Source: Lama glama
Taxonomy: Eukaryota
Direction: 5' to 3'
DNA: 64,000 bases
Assembly (NCBI GenBank): GCA_028534125.1
Contig: CM052816.1
Location: 38,070,001 to 38,134,000, forward strand
In this document: one piece after another, positions 1 through 11,908 of the stretch
Layout of the letters: every line of letters begins with the position of its first letter
How positions within the stretch are numbered: position 1 is the stretch's first letter
The notes under the pieces: model-generated
The model's database searches: none
Told to the model about the DNA's origin: nothing
The model's input: only the letters and a program-made list of their open reading frames with translations
Program-made: the position numbers and the translations under genes

Positions 1-191
1 GTCTATCCTTCGTGCCAACTGAAGTCATTGTTATTTTGCTTTTAATTACCTCTGACTCTAAGAAAGGTGTTCCTTTTGCTCCTTTTCTGTGTAAGATTTA
101 CTTTGTTACTTGATAATGAGATTTTTATGTTTCTAATAGACTTTAAGCGGCTTATTCCTGATACATCTGAGACCTGGTCAAAGCTCTAGAC

Positions 192-386
192 CAGGCTGTC
201 CGATAGGGATATGTGTGATGATGGAAATGCTCCACAGAACTGTCCAGTACCGTCTTCATTAGTCACATGCAGCTGTTGGATACTTGAAATGTTGTTAGTG
301 CAACAGAAGAAATACAATGTTAGTTTAATTTTAATTCATATTAAATAGTCATGTGTGACGAGTGGCTACTGTATTGGGCGGCACAG
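192..386 (+). mobile_element. MER3-like non-autonomous hAT-Charlie DNA transposon
   Basis: Resembles recalled MER3 consensus end to end: CAGGCTGTCCGATAG...GATGATGGAAATG...ACTTGAAATGT...AGTGGCTACTGTATTGGGCGGCACAG; about 195 bp. Confidence 0.85.
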
Positions 387-1071
387 CTTCAGCTGCTTAT
401 GATCACATTCGAATTCATTAAAAATTACATACACAGTATGGTTTTTATTATTACCATATAGAGTAACTGGTAGAAATAGTGTCACAAAAGAATAAGGACA
501 TTTGATATATCTCCCCACAAACACCAATAAATAATTTACTTAGTGTGCTAAGCTTGCTTTGAAAATTACATTTAAAATTGGTAACTTTATAGCTACTGTG
601 ATATCATGATATTCATAAAAATTATATCTGTTTACTGTCATGTAGTTCCATAGCTTTTTTTATTCTCCATGTTGTTGTGGTAATTGTCATCAACTCATTT
701 CTTCTCAGTTGTCTAATTAGCCACAATATTGTCAAAACTCAAATCCTATATCTAGCTATATTTTTCAGCATACATGGCCTGGTGCCATCTGTAGTATAAT
801 GAAACTTTTTTTCTATGTCCAATTCCTTAGTTTACAATTTACTGTTAAGTAATTTTTTTTGAGAATAACTTTTAAAAAAATTAGCGTTCAAGTAAACTTT
901 TTAAAGAACTCTCTCAGATGATATTGATTTACTAGTAACCCATATTTTTCTAATCCTCTAATTTAATTTTTCTTTCCTGCCTTTAACCTCCCTTCTTCCT
1001 TCCTATCCTTTTTTCCTTTCTTGCCTTCTCCAAGTGCTTTCCAATGTACACTATGTGCACAGTGACATATA

Positions 1072-1598
1072 TGTGCTTTGGTTTCCCACTGCTGCTGTAA
1101 TAAATTAACACAAACTTAATAACTTTAAGACAATGCATATTCATTACCTCACAGTTCTGGAGTTCAGAAGCCCTAAAGATAAGGGGTCATAGGCAGGGGT
1201 GCATTTCTTCTGGAATCTCTAAGGAAGACATTTCCTTAACTTTTTCAGCTTCCAGAGTCTACATGCATTCTCTGGCTCATGGCTTCTAGTTCTGTCTTCA
1301 AAGCCAACAAGGCAGCATCTTTCGATCAGTCAATCCATCAATCTCTCTCTGTCTCTGTCCCTTCCTCCTTCCCTCCCTCCTCTGCTACTCTTGTCACTTC
1401 TACCTGTTTGACTCTCTTTTCATGCTTTCCTCTCATCTGAATACAGTCAGCCCAGCTATATAATCCAGGATAATCTTTTCACCTTCACCTCAAAATTCTT
1501 AATGGAATTACACGTGCAAAGTCTTTTTTGCCATGAGGTTAATATAGTCACGGATTCTGAGCACATATCTTTGGGGAACCATGATTTTGTCTACCACA
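1072..1598 (-). mobile_element. MaLR solo LTR (MLT1C/D-like)
   Basis: TG...CA ends; diagnostic antisense MLT1 motifs GCTGCTGTAATAAATTAACACAAAC, CTCACAGTTCTGGAG, ATAATCCAGGATAATCT, CTACCACA. Confidence 0.85.
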
Positions 1599-2261
1599 AC
1601 ACATATTTTATAACTCTTTAGAATATAAAAGTTACAGTAATGTTTTGAAAGAGCTAATTATATTGATGAATGTGTATGTGTATATATAGAGAGAGATTCA
1701 CAAATATTTGTATATATTATGTACATAATTAATAACACAGGTCAATATGTATACAATAAGATAATTTATGTACTTATTCTTATGTTTCATACATTTTCAA
1801 GCTTTTATTCAAAAGTTGTACTTTGAAGATTCCTAAACGGCTCATGTCTCTATATATTTCCTGATATCACAAATCTTTTCTTTTTGTTTTTGCATCTACC
1901 CAATTATGCTCTCATACACTATTCTTAACAAAAATAGTATTTAATAATGTATTTTAGCTAACAGTTTAGTGATTCAAGTTGACTTTTAACAAATTTATTG
2001 ATATATAAGTAATGCGGTATAGAATCTTACTACAGCCAAGAAATATTACATTAATCATTTCATCTCTATATATCAGGCCTATTACTCTAATCTAGCACAT
2101 TAAATTTGTGTCAAAATGAAAGTTTTCAATTCGAAATCCTAACAATTTAAACAGCCATGCCAAGCTTTTCTTAACTGAATGTGGATCTAGTTAACAGACC
2201 ACCTTTTGTCATGAAAATGTACGATCACTCACCTAACTCAATTTGCTTTAAACCACTTAAC

Positions 2262-2470
2262 ACTGTGTAGTGAGAAGAACACTCACCAGCCGAGAATCAG
2301 ATTGATTTTGGCTTAAACTCTGGCTTGGTTGCCCTACAGACTATGATTCTGGCTCACCTCTTCAGCTCTCTAAGTTTTGGGGCCTTCATCTGTAAAATGG
2401 AAACAATAATATGTGTCGCTATGAAACAGTGGCTGCTCAACACACTGGGAGGCTAAGTAAATGACAGGAG
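2262..2470 (+). mobile_element. MIR SINE fragment
   Basis: MIR core TTCATCTGTAAAATGGAAACAATAAT at ~2385-2410. Confidence 0.7.
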
Positions 2471-3199
2471 CTTTATCACAATCATCTTTAATAGTAGAAA
2501 AAAAAGAACAAATCGTAGAACAAGTCATGAGTATAATCAAAGTGAAAATGAAAATAAAAAATCAAGAGATGGTGATATTCTTTACTACACGTGAAAGAAC
2601 CTTATCTAAGCAGTCAGATTAGGTCCTGGATAAATCTAATGATACACAAGATTGTCTCTATAGAGACATTATGTTCAGTTTTTAAATGTACTCATACTTT
2701 GTTTGCCAGGTATCAATCTCCTTTTGCATTCATTTTTAGGAAATTTAATATTTAGATTTTATTCATATGTTTTTTTTCTTACTTCATCGTATCATTTGCT
2801 CAGGCTACTCTGATTCTTCTCCTCTAAACATCTTTTTGTATTTTCATGTCAGATAGTCTTTCTTTATGATGTTAAGCATTGGACCAGTCAAGCAAGATCA
2901 TTTCAATTTCAATTCCAACATTCAAAACTTGGTACACAACTGACCTTTGTTATATATATAAAATATATGTTGTATAAAATATAATGTATATATCATGCAT
3001 ATATATGAAGTTAACATGAAGTATATAATATACATAAAGTATTGTATATTTATAAATTTAACATATACAATTGACACAAACACATACCTACAAATAAACA
3101 CAGGCATACACCTATAATGCTATTGACATGACTATTAAAATATCTTCCCAAAGGAAATTTGTGCTGTCAATTTTCTTATCTACCTTACCTACTTAATGT

Positions 3200-3790
3200 A
3201 ATTTAATCTATTTTTCAAACTGTCAAGATAGTGACCTTTTCTAACAATGCATATTTGATTGTTTCTCTTTGGTTCTGAAGTTTCAGAAGGAACTCCATTA
3301 TGTCCTGGGCAATATGATGGGATAACCTCTTGACGTGGTCTACCAGGATCTTTACCATCTCTCACCCTCCTGACCTCACTAGGCTAAACCCTGTGCCTCA
3401 TCACTCATCTCATCACTCAAATCCTGAATGTACTTTGGTGATTTTCCCCTCATAGTCATTCAGCTGATTTTTCTCTCTGGTTGACCTTCTTATTAACTAT
3501 GCCTTCTAACTGCCTGGCATAATTTCCATGTATCCATAATTTTATTTCATAATTTTATTCTTCTGGAAAGCTTTCCTTAATTCATTTAATCAACATTCAT
3601 TATTTTTCCCTAGTGCCAGCAGGTTTTAACATCACTTCAGTAGTACTTTTTGACTATTTTGGGGGAATGTGAGTAGTTGTCACCCCACCCAGATCTCGTG
3701 ATGCTACAGGCCACCTGCATTCACCTCTAGTATGGTGCTTCTGACATGGAAGGTACACAGGAAGGGTTAGTCAATAAGGAAATGGGAAAC
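3200..3790 (+). mobile_element. L2 LINE 3' fragment (degenerate)
   Basis: Pyrimidine-rich L2-like segments and a tail resembling 'GTGCCTGGCACATAGTAGGTGCTCAATAAAT'. Confidence 0.5.
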
Positions 3791-4560
3791 TGAATAAAAT
3801 TGGTACATGGGCTTAGACTTTAAAATTCAGTGTTTAAAAGTCACCTATCGTAATCGCACTAAAGGTATATACATATATGCTTATTCTAAACAATAAAACA
3901 ATATAGAAATACATGAAGTGCAAGGTTAAGGATTCTCAGCGTTTCTCCCTACTCTACTGCCTTTCCTGTAGACACTCTTTTGCAAGTAAGCATATAAACC
4001 TGGATATTTAGGTTTAGATTTTTAATAGTTATATGAACCTATCTAAAATTTTTGTGTATATTGCTTCTTTAGCTCAGTGCTATAACTTAATGCTTCTCTT
4101 GTGCCATTACAAAGAAATCTCTCTCATTCTTTTTATCTGGAACACAATGTCCTAGATTTATATGATTAATTCATTAACCCATCTTCCATTAATAAACATT
4201 TATATTATTTCTATTTTTTTCTACAACAAAAAATGTTACCATGAATATTCTTACACACACATACACACAAACATATACAAAATTGTGTTCATGTGAAAAC
4301 ATAAAAAGAGCTTAGATTGCTAAACTATAATTCTTATACTTAAGGGTAAGAACTTTAAGTTGCATACATACTGCCACATGGATCTCCAGAATTTTCAACA
4401 ATAAACATTCATTTGTTACAGTTAAAGAAGTTAAGAAAACTGTAATGAAAAAACTCAGATTTGACAAAATTCTCCCTAATTATATTTCCCTAGAAAACTG
4501 GCAAAGGAATTTCATAATTATATTCCAAGAGGAAAAACAGCATTTTCTATCTCTAAAATA

Positions 4561-5975
4561 CAGGCATACCTCATTTTATTGCACTTCACGGATATTGTGT
4601 TTTTTTAAATTGAAAGTCTCTGGCAATCCCACATCAAGCAAGTCTATTGGCACCATCTTCCAACAGCATTTGCTCGCTTCATGTCTCTGTGTCAAATTTT
4701 GGTAATCCTCATAATATTTCAAACCTTTTCATCATTATTATATTTGTTATGGTGATCTTTGATCAGTAACCTTTGATGTGACTGTTGTACTCGTTTTGGG
4801 CATTATGAACACTGCCCATAGAAGACAGGATAATGTGTGTGTGTGTTCTGACTGCTCCACCCACTGGTCATTCACTGTCTCTCTCCCTCTCTTCTGGTCT
4901 CCTTATTACCTGAGACACAATAATATTTAAATTAGGTCAAGCAATAACCATGCAATGGCTTCTAAGTGATCAAGCAAAAGGAAGAGTCTCATGGAGCAAG
5001 GAGTAATTCAGATTTTCAAGTCTTGATTCTCTAAGAGATACATCCCATAAGGCTATATAGCTCCCAAGATGGTGACTGCTCTAATGGATCAGAGAAAAGT
5101 CAACTGAAATCTCTCGAAAGGGTTCACCATTCTAGATGCCATTAAGAAATTTGTGACTCATGGGAAGAGGTCAAAATATCAAGATCAACAGGAATTTGGA
5201 GAAAGGTGATTACAGCCCTCATGGATGATTTTGAGGCATTCAAGACCTCAGTGGAGGAAGTTACTATAGATGTGGAAATAGCAAGAGAACTAGAATTAGA
5301 TGAGTCTGAAGATGTGACAGAATTGCTGCAATTTCCTGATAAAACTTGAATGAATGAGAAGTTGCTCCTTATGGATGAGCAAAAAAAGTGATTTTTTGAC
5401 ATAGAAACTACTGCTGGTGAAGATGCCGTGAAGACTGTTGAAATGACAACAAAGGATTTAGAATATTGTATAAACTTAGTCGATAAGGCAGTGTCAGGGT
5501 TTGAGAGGACTGACTCCAATTTTGAAAGAAACTCTACTGTGGGTAAAATGCTATCAAACAGCATTAATTGCTGCAGAGAAATTTCTCATGAAAGGAAGAG
5601 TCAATCTACACAGCAAACTTCAAGTTTTCTTATTTTAAGAAATAGCCACAGCCACCTCAACCTTAAGCAACCACCACCCTGATTAGTCAGCAGCCATCAA
5701 TGTTGAGGCAAGACCCTCCACCAGAAATAAGATTACAACTTGCAAAAGGCTCAGAGGTCGGTTAGCATTTTCTAACAATAAAGTATTTTTTAAATCAAGG
5801 TATGTACATTTTTTAGATATAATGCCATTGCACACTTAATAGACCACAGTATGGTATAAACATAACTTTTATATGCACTGGGAAACCAAATCATTTGTGT
5901 GATTCAATTTACTGCAGTACTCGCTTTACTGGGATGGTCTGGAACTGAACCTACAGTAAGTTTGAGGTAGGTTTA
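4561..5975 (+). mobile_element. Tigger1 (TcMar-Tigger) DNA transposon, internally deleted, both TIRs present
   Basis: TA|CAGGCATACCTC left TIR; degenerate right TIR GAGGTAGGTTTA|TA; ORF 5428-5682 ([30 protein letters not shown]) resembles the Tigger1 transposase C-terminal region; ~1.4 kb versus ~2.4 kb full length. Confidence 0.92.
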
Positions 5976-8204
5976 TAATCAAAGTTTGCTTATTTAGTAT
6001 AATACCAAAATCATCATAGCTTAATTATTACTGCCTGATGGCATATTAATGACTAAAAATTACAATATATTCATATTTACTAGAGTTGGTTATTGAATGT
6101 ACTGATAATATAAAATCAGATATTTGAATTTAAAAATATTTTAAACTAGTAACTTCCTGACAAAGTTAGACTGTATAATTAACCATTATGCAAAACTGGA
6201 GAATAAATGGGCTTTGGGCATCACTATATATTAAGACATTGTTAAATGCTGGAGCATAGAAAATTGTAAATTTGAGGTGATCTTTCATAGTCAATATCTA
6301 TGCTTAACAAATTCACTTTGGGCAATATAGACAAGATCATCTGAGTCAATTAAAACATGCTAGTATTTATGATCAGAGAGTTAACACAACTGCTTATTTT
6401 TTGAACATCAGATATCAACTTTAGGAAATCGAAATATATTAAGTGCCTTTTTCCAAAGTTTAGGCAACACTGATAAATTCTATAACTGACAAGAAATGGC
6501 TCAGCTCGTGTTTGAGCTTAAAAACTAAATCTAATTGGCCTTAAATTAAATTAGTCAAATCCACTGTTTGGCTGTTTGGCTTAGAAAAACAATTCCACTG
6601 AAAAACAGTTGATTGACATTTGGGAGTTATATCTTTAGTTATAATATTCAATTATAATTGGCAGTCAGGAAACAAACTAGTGTGTGCTAATATGAAACAT
6701 TATTTCTTACCTTGTTTAAATATAAAATTTATATTCAGTTGGCAAGAATGCTATTATGCAAAATATCAATAAAATAAGCATATTGGAAACAGACTGAAAA
6801 TTCACTTTCAAATTCAAGATTCTCATTGTTCTGATTTATTTAGATAATAACCAACCAGCTGCCTAAAAACTGTATGGAGGGTGTGGGTTAACAGTGGCAT
6901 ACGTGGGAGATAACTAACTTTAACCTTTGCTGTAACATAATGCATTTGACATTTTAAAAAATATAAAAATTCTTACATTGCAAAAGCAATCTCATTGGTG
7001 GTGAATTGCCAATTCTTTTTCTCTTTTTTTCTGGCAACCATTAGACCCAGATGCTAAGCACTGGAAGATATTTCTTCCAATAGCAGCATCTGGCGTGCTG
7101 GCAGACTCCATAAGCAATTTTGTTTTACAGCTTTAAAGCAGCTTCTGGGTCTATTACATGGTTAATCTGATGGGCTGTCTGGGCTGCCTTGTCCTCCTGG
7201 ATGCCATATGCCAACAGCTAGAGATGCAGCGAACTATCTGCCCATTAGGGCTGCTGTAAAGAGCACACCTGAAAAAAGTCAGCTGTGTTCTACTTCTGTG
7301 CAGCCACTACAGTACCAGTGATGAGCAACCTGGCTAAAACAGTGCTAAAAACTTGCTGAAAAAGTTCCATCTCCTCTGGGCACCAGAAAAGACTAGAAAA
7401 GTGTAAACAATCAAATATGCAGGAAATCATTGTATCATTCAGTAATGACAGAGGTATTTGCAATTTCCACCCTCGCAAGAAAAGGAGCATAAAATAAGTC
7501 GTAGAATTGTGAGAGTGAGAGACACAGATTTGATTACTGCTATTCTGCAGCAATTAGCTCATGAGAGGAGGAATTCCCTGAGTGTTAGGGAATGTGTCTC
7601 ACTCATTTTTATATTTTCAGGGCCTAACAGAGTATTTGAACATGATAGAAATGGAGTAAGTGATTTTAAACAGATAAAAGTAAATAACATGATAATATTG
7701 TTGCAATTGTGCAATGTATTTTATAATCTTTAAATCCTTTGCATCATTAATCTCTTATCCTCAACGTACTACATTTTAGATAGCATTTTCAGAGAATACT
7801 TTCCTTACCATCCAGATTAGATTGAACCACCCTTCTGTACACCCCAATATTTGCCAATACATGTCATTATATCATTTAACATCATTTACATTTATGTACT
7901 GGTGTGATCCTAGTCAATTGTATCCCAGTCTCTTAATTAAAAACTTTGGTAAATTTTGTTTTAATTTAAAACATGTCAATGTGCACTAGTGTCTTAATTT
8001 TTTCATTTGGGCCAAGGTATATTCTTTGAATGTAGATGAGTTCAGGTTCTGCAAACTAAAACACATCAATTGATAAGTAAACAATGCAAATGATAAGAAG
8101 TGGAGTACTTTGGTTAGTCAAGTAAATGAGTTAAGTGGAGGATAGTAAAGAGTTTCTACTCTATTTGAATACCTCTCATGCTTGAAATTGCTCTTTCCTT
8201 TTTT

Positions 8205-8425
8205 AGTATCATCTCTCTGGCCCACATTTCTGTCTCTCTTCTACTTTTAAGAGCTCATATGATTAGAATGCCCCCTTTCAGATAGTCCAGGGTAATTTTC
8301 TTATTTTATTACTTAAACGATTAGTAATCTAAAGTTCATCTATAAGCGGTCAGTTTTTCCATGTAAGAAAAACTATTCACAGGTTTTGGGATTAGGACAT
8401 GGAGATCTCCTTTGGTCTCCCACAC
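8205..8425 (-). mobile_element. MaLR LTR fragment (MLT1 family)
   Basis: GATAGTCCAGGGTAATTTTC...ATTCACAGGTTTTGGGATTAGGACATGGA antisense MLT1 motifs. Confidence 0.6.
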
Positions 8426-8607
8426 TACTGTTCACCAATATTTAAGGGTACAGGGGGAATACACTCTTAATAAAGCTTCACAGTTGAGTTTCTAGAGTAA
8501 GACACAGAAACAGAGAAGGTTCATTGATTTATATCATATTAATAATGAAAATTTAGAAATGCTTTAGTCAGGCACCCTCACTTTATATAAAGGGAAATCA
8601 GATTCTT

Positions 8608-8817
8608 TTTTTTAATCTTTTGGTGGACTTTATTGTTTTTAACATTTTTTATTGAGTTATAATCATTTTACAATGTGTCAAATTCCAGTGTAGAGCACAA
8701 TTCTTCAGTTATACATGAACATATACATATTCATTGTCACATTTTTTTCTCTGTGAGCTACCATAAGATCTTGTATATATTTCCCTGTGCTGTACAGTAT
8801 AATCTTGTCTATCTATT
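8608..8817 (-). mobile_element. Relatively young 5'-truncated camelid-type L1 3' end with TSD
   Basis: Poly-T plus antisense L1 3'UTR (TTCCCTGTGCTGTACAGTA); TSD GGAAATCAGATTCTT (8593-8607) / GGAAATCAGAGTCTT (8818-8832); TT/AAGA endonuclease site. Confidence 0.85.
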
Positions 8818-10476
8818 GGAAATCAGAGTCTTAAGATCTAAATCACAAAGCCAAAACTATCGATTGAAAGAATTAGGGATAATACCTAGCTTCCCAGCTC
8901 TTAATTTATACTATACCATCCTCCTTAATCACCTTTTTTTTGGTTCAGGTCAAGAGTACACAGGACTCTATTTCACAGGTGATATGATTCTTAATGATTC
9001 ATAAAAATAATTATAAAAATAAAAACAAGATTATAATAACAAATATAAAATTCTTATAAAGACTAAGATAAAATTTAATAGGTGAAGGCTATAGTTTTGT
9101 TCAACTAAAACAATACCACATAAAAATGTACTATACCAGCCATGTATTTAGAGCTCTGTTGAGGTATAGCCAAGAAAGAACACTTGGAAGTTGATAAATT
9201 CGCTTTAGGGAAACTCAGTGCTCCACGCTTCATGCTTTAACCTTGTGTTTAAGGAGAATAATTCTCCCCTTGCCCCCAGCTTCCACCAAATAAATTCATG
9301 GTAATCTGCTTTTACATGTCTTTATACTAGCAGACCACACAATAAAACAAAAAAAGAATTGTGTTGAACTACCAAGTAATTAGATATACGGTTTGTCAAC
9401 CCAGAAAATTTAATAACTAAAAATCTTACTGAAAACATACATACTTTTAAATCTGAAGCAGTTGTTTGTTGCATTCCTTTCTCTACACCACAAATATTCA
9501 CTGGGTAAATGACCCAAAGAGAGTCTATGTTTAATTTGGCTGAGTAGCTCTGGCTTCAGTGCCAGTCCAGATCCAGTTAGTCATTCTGGAATTCCAGCTG
9601 CACTAGAACTGCTGAAATCATAAAGAAGAACTTCCTTGCAAAATTTCTCTATTTTTTTTCCTATTGAACAACAAATGCCCTGAAAAGAGATAAGTACTAA
9701 TCATGCTATTGTCATCCAGTTTCTCTAAACTCTGGCATTTTCTAGCCTGGACTCTGGAAACCAAATGAATATGTTCTTGTTCATTGAGACTTTTGTTTTC
9801 ATAGTCCCTCATTTAGGAAAAGCTGTTTAATATTTCTATATTCGTGTATTAGAAGGGATACTTTATACTAAAGGAGAGAGAAAAATGATTTTGAATAAAG
9901 TTTTCTCAAATTATAAATTTGAAAATCCTCATGCAGGAATATTATATTAGATAAAGCATATTTTGAGCAATCAATATTTTTCCAGCTTTACAGAAGTATG
10001 ATTGACAAATAGAAATTACATATCGTTAAGGTGTACAACATGATGTTTTGATAGACATATACATTGTGAAATTATTAACATAATCAAGCCAATTAAGGTA
10101 TCCATCATCTCACCTAGTTACTTTTGTGTATGTGTGTGCTGAGAACATTTGAGAACTACTCTCTTAGAAAATTTTAATCATTATTAAATATACCCATAAT
10201 TCTGCACATTAAATCTCCAGAGTTTATTCATCTTTTAACTGAAAGTGTATTCCCTTTGACCAACACCTCACCAGTTCCCAATCCCCCAACCACCAGTAAT
10301 GAACACTCTATTCTGTTACCATGAGTTTGAATTTTTAGATTTCATGTATAAGAGATTATGCAGTATTTGTCTTTCCGTGTCTGGCTTATTTTACTTAGCA
10401 TGATGTCTTCCAAATTTATCCATGCTGTCACAAATGGCAGGATTCCCTCTTTTCTAAGGCTGAATGATATTCCACT

Positions 10477-10500
10477 GTGTGTGTGTGTGTGTGTGTGTGT
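10477..10500. repeat. (TG)n microsatellite inside L1
   Basis: About 12 TG units seen directly. Confidence 0.95.
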
Positions 10501-10887
10501 CACAGTTTCCTTATCCATTCATCAGTCTACCAACTTTAGATTGTTTCCATATCTTTGCTACAGTGAATAATTCTGGAATAATCACAGGAGTGCAGACATC
10601 TCTTAGAAATAGTGGTTGTATTTTCTCTGAATATATATCCAGAATGAATGGCTGGATTTTATGATCATTCTATCTTTTAATGTTTCGAGGAATCTCCATA
10701 CTGTTTTCCATGACTAGCGATTTACATTTCCACCAACAGTGGATGAAGGTAGCCTTTTGTCCACATCCTAACCAACATTTGTTACCTTTGAATTTTTAAT
10801 AAAAGTCATCCTAATAGATGTGAGGTGATATTTCATTGTGGTTTTGATTTGCATTAACCTGGTGATCAATGATGTTGAGCATCTTTT

Positions 10888-11300
10888 TTAATTTATGCAT
10901 TTATTTTACAATATCATATTTTTTTAATTAAAGTATAGTTGATATAATATCATATGTTACAGGTATACAATATAGTGACTCACAATTTTTTTAAGTTATA
11001 CTCCATTTATAGTTATTATAAAGTATTGGCTATTTTCCCCATGTTGTATAATACATCCTTATAGTTTATTTTATACCTGATAGTTTGTACCTCTTAAGCC
11101 TCCACCTCCATCTTACCCCTCTTCATTCCCTCTCCCCATTGGTAATGACTAGTTCCTCCTCTACATCTGTGAGTCTGTTTCTTTTCTGTTATATTTGCTA
11201 GTCTGTTTTATTTTTTTAGATTCCACATGTAAGTGATATCTTACAGTATTTGTCTTTGATTTATTTCACTTAGCATAATGCCCCCAAGTCCATCCATGCT
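10888..11300 (-). mobile_element. Nested L1 (artiodactyl-type), non-inverted 3'UTR segment
   Basis: Reverse complement aligns with the L1 3'UTR at ~62830-63210. Confidence 0.85.
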
Positions 11301-11359
11301 GTACCCCCAGAAACTAACACAATATTTTAAATAAATCAACTGTACTTCAGTTATAAAGC

Positions 11360-11908
11360 AAACAAATGAAGAACTGATTTAAAATATGGGCAGAAGAACT
11401 GAACAGACATTTTTCCAAAAGAGGAAATGCAGACAACCAATAGGAACATGAAAAGCTGCTCAACATCACCAATATCAGGGAAATGCAAATCAAAATCACA
11501 ATGAGACATCATCTCACACCTGTCAGAATGGCCATCATCAAAAAGAACACAAATAACAAATGCTGGCAAGAGTGTGGAGAAAAGGGAAACCTTGTACACC
11601 ATTGGTGGGAATGCAAATTGGTGCAGCCATTTTGGAAAACAATATGCAGGTTTCTCAAAAACTTGAAAATAGAACCATCACATGGCCCAGCAACTCCACT
11701 TCTGGGCATACATCCAAGAAAAACAAAAATATTAACTCAAAAAGATACATATACCTCAGTATTAACAGAAACATATTTTATAATTGCCAAGAGATGAAAG
11801 CATCCTAAGTGCACATCAATAGATGAACAGATAAAGAAGATGTAGTGTATATATGTAGTGGAATACAACTCATCCATTAAAAAGAAGGATATTTTGCCAT
11901 TTGCAGCT
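11360..11908 (+). mobile_element. Nested L1, inverted segment: ORF2 C-terminus and start of 3'UTR (pseudogenised)
   Basis: ORF 11483-11797 [49 protein letters not shown] matches the L1 ORF2 cysteine-rich domain. Confidence 0.92.

Noticed and set aside
5142..5682. ORFs of 140 aa (-) and 84 aa (+)
   Set aside because: Both lie within the decayed Tigger1. The transposase frame has stops and a large deletion, so this is not a domesticated gene.
11351..11808. Four overlapping ORFs
   Set aside because: L1 ORF2 C-terminal remnant and its alternative or antisense frames.
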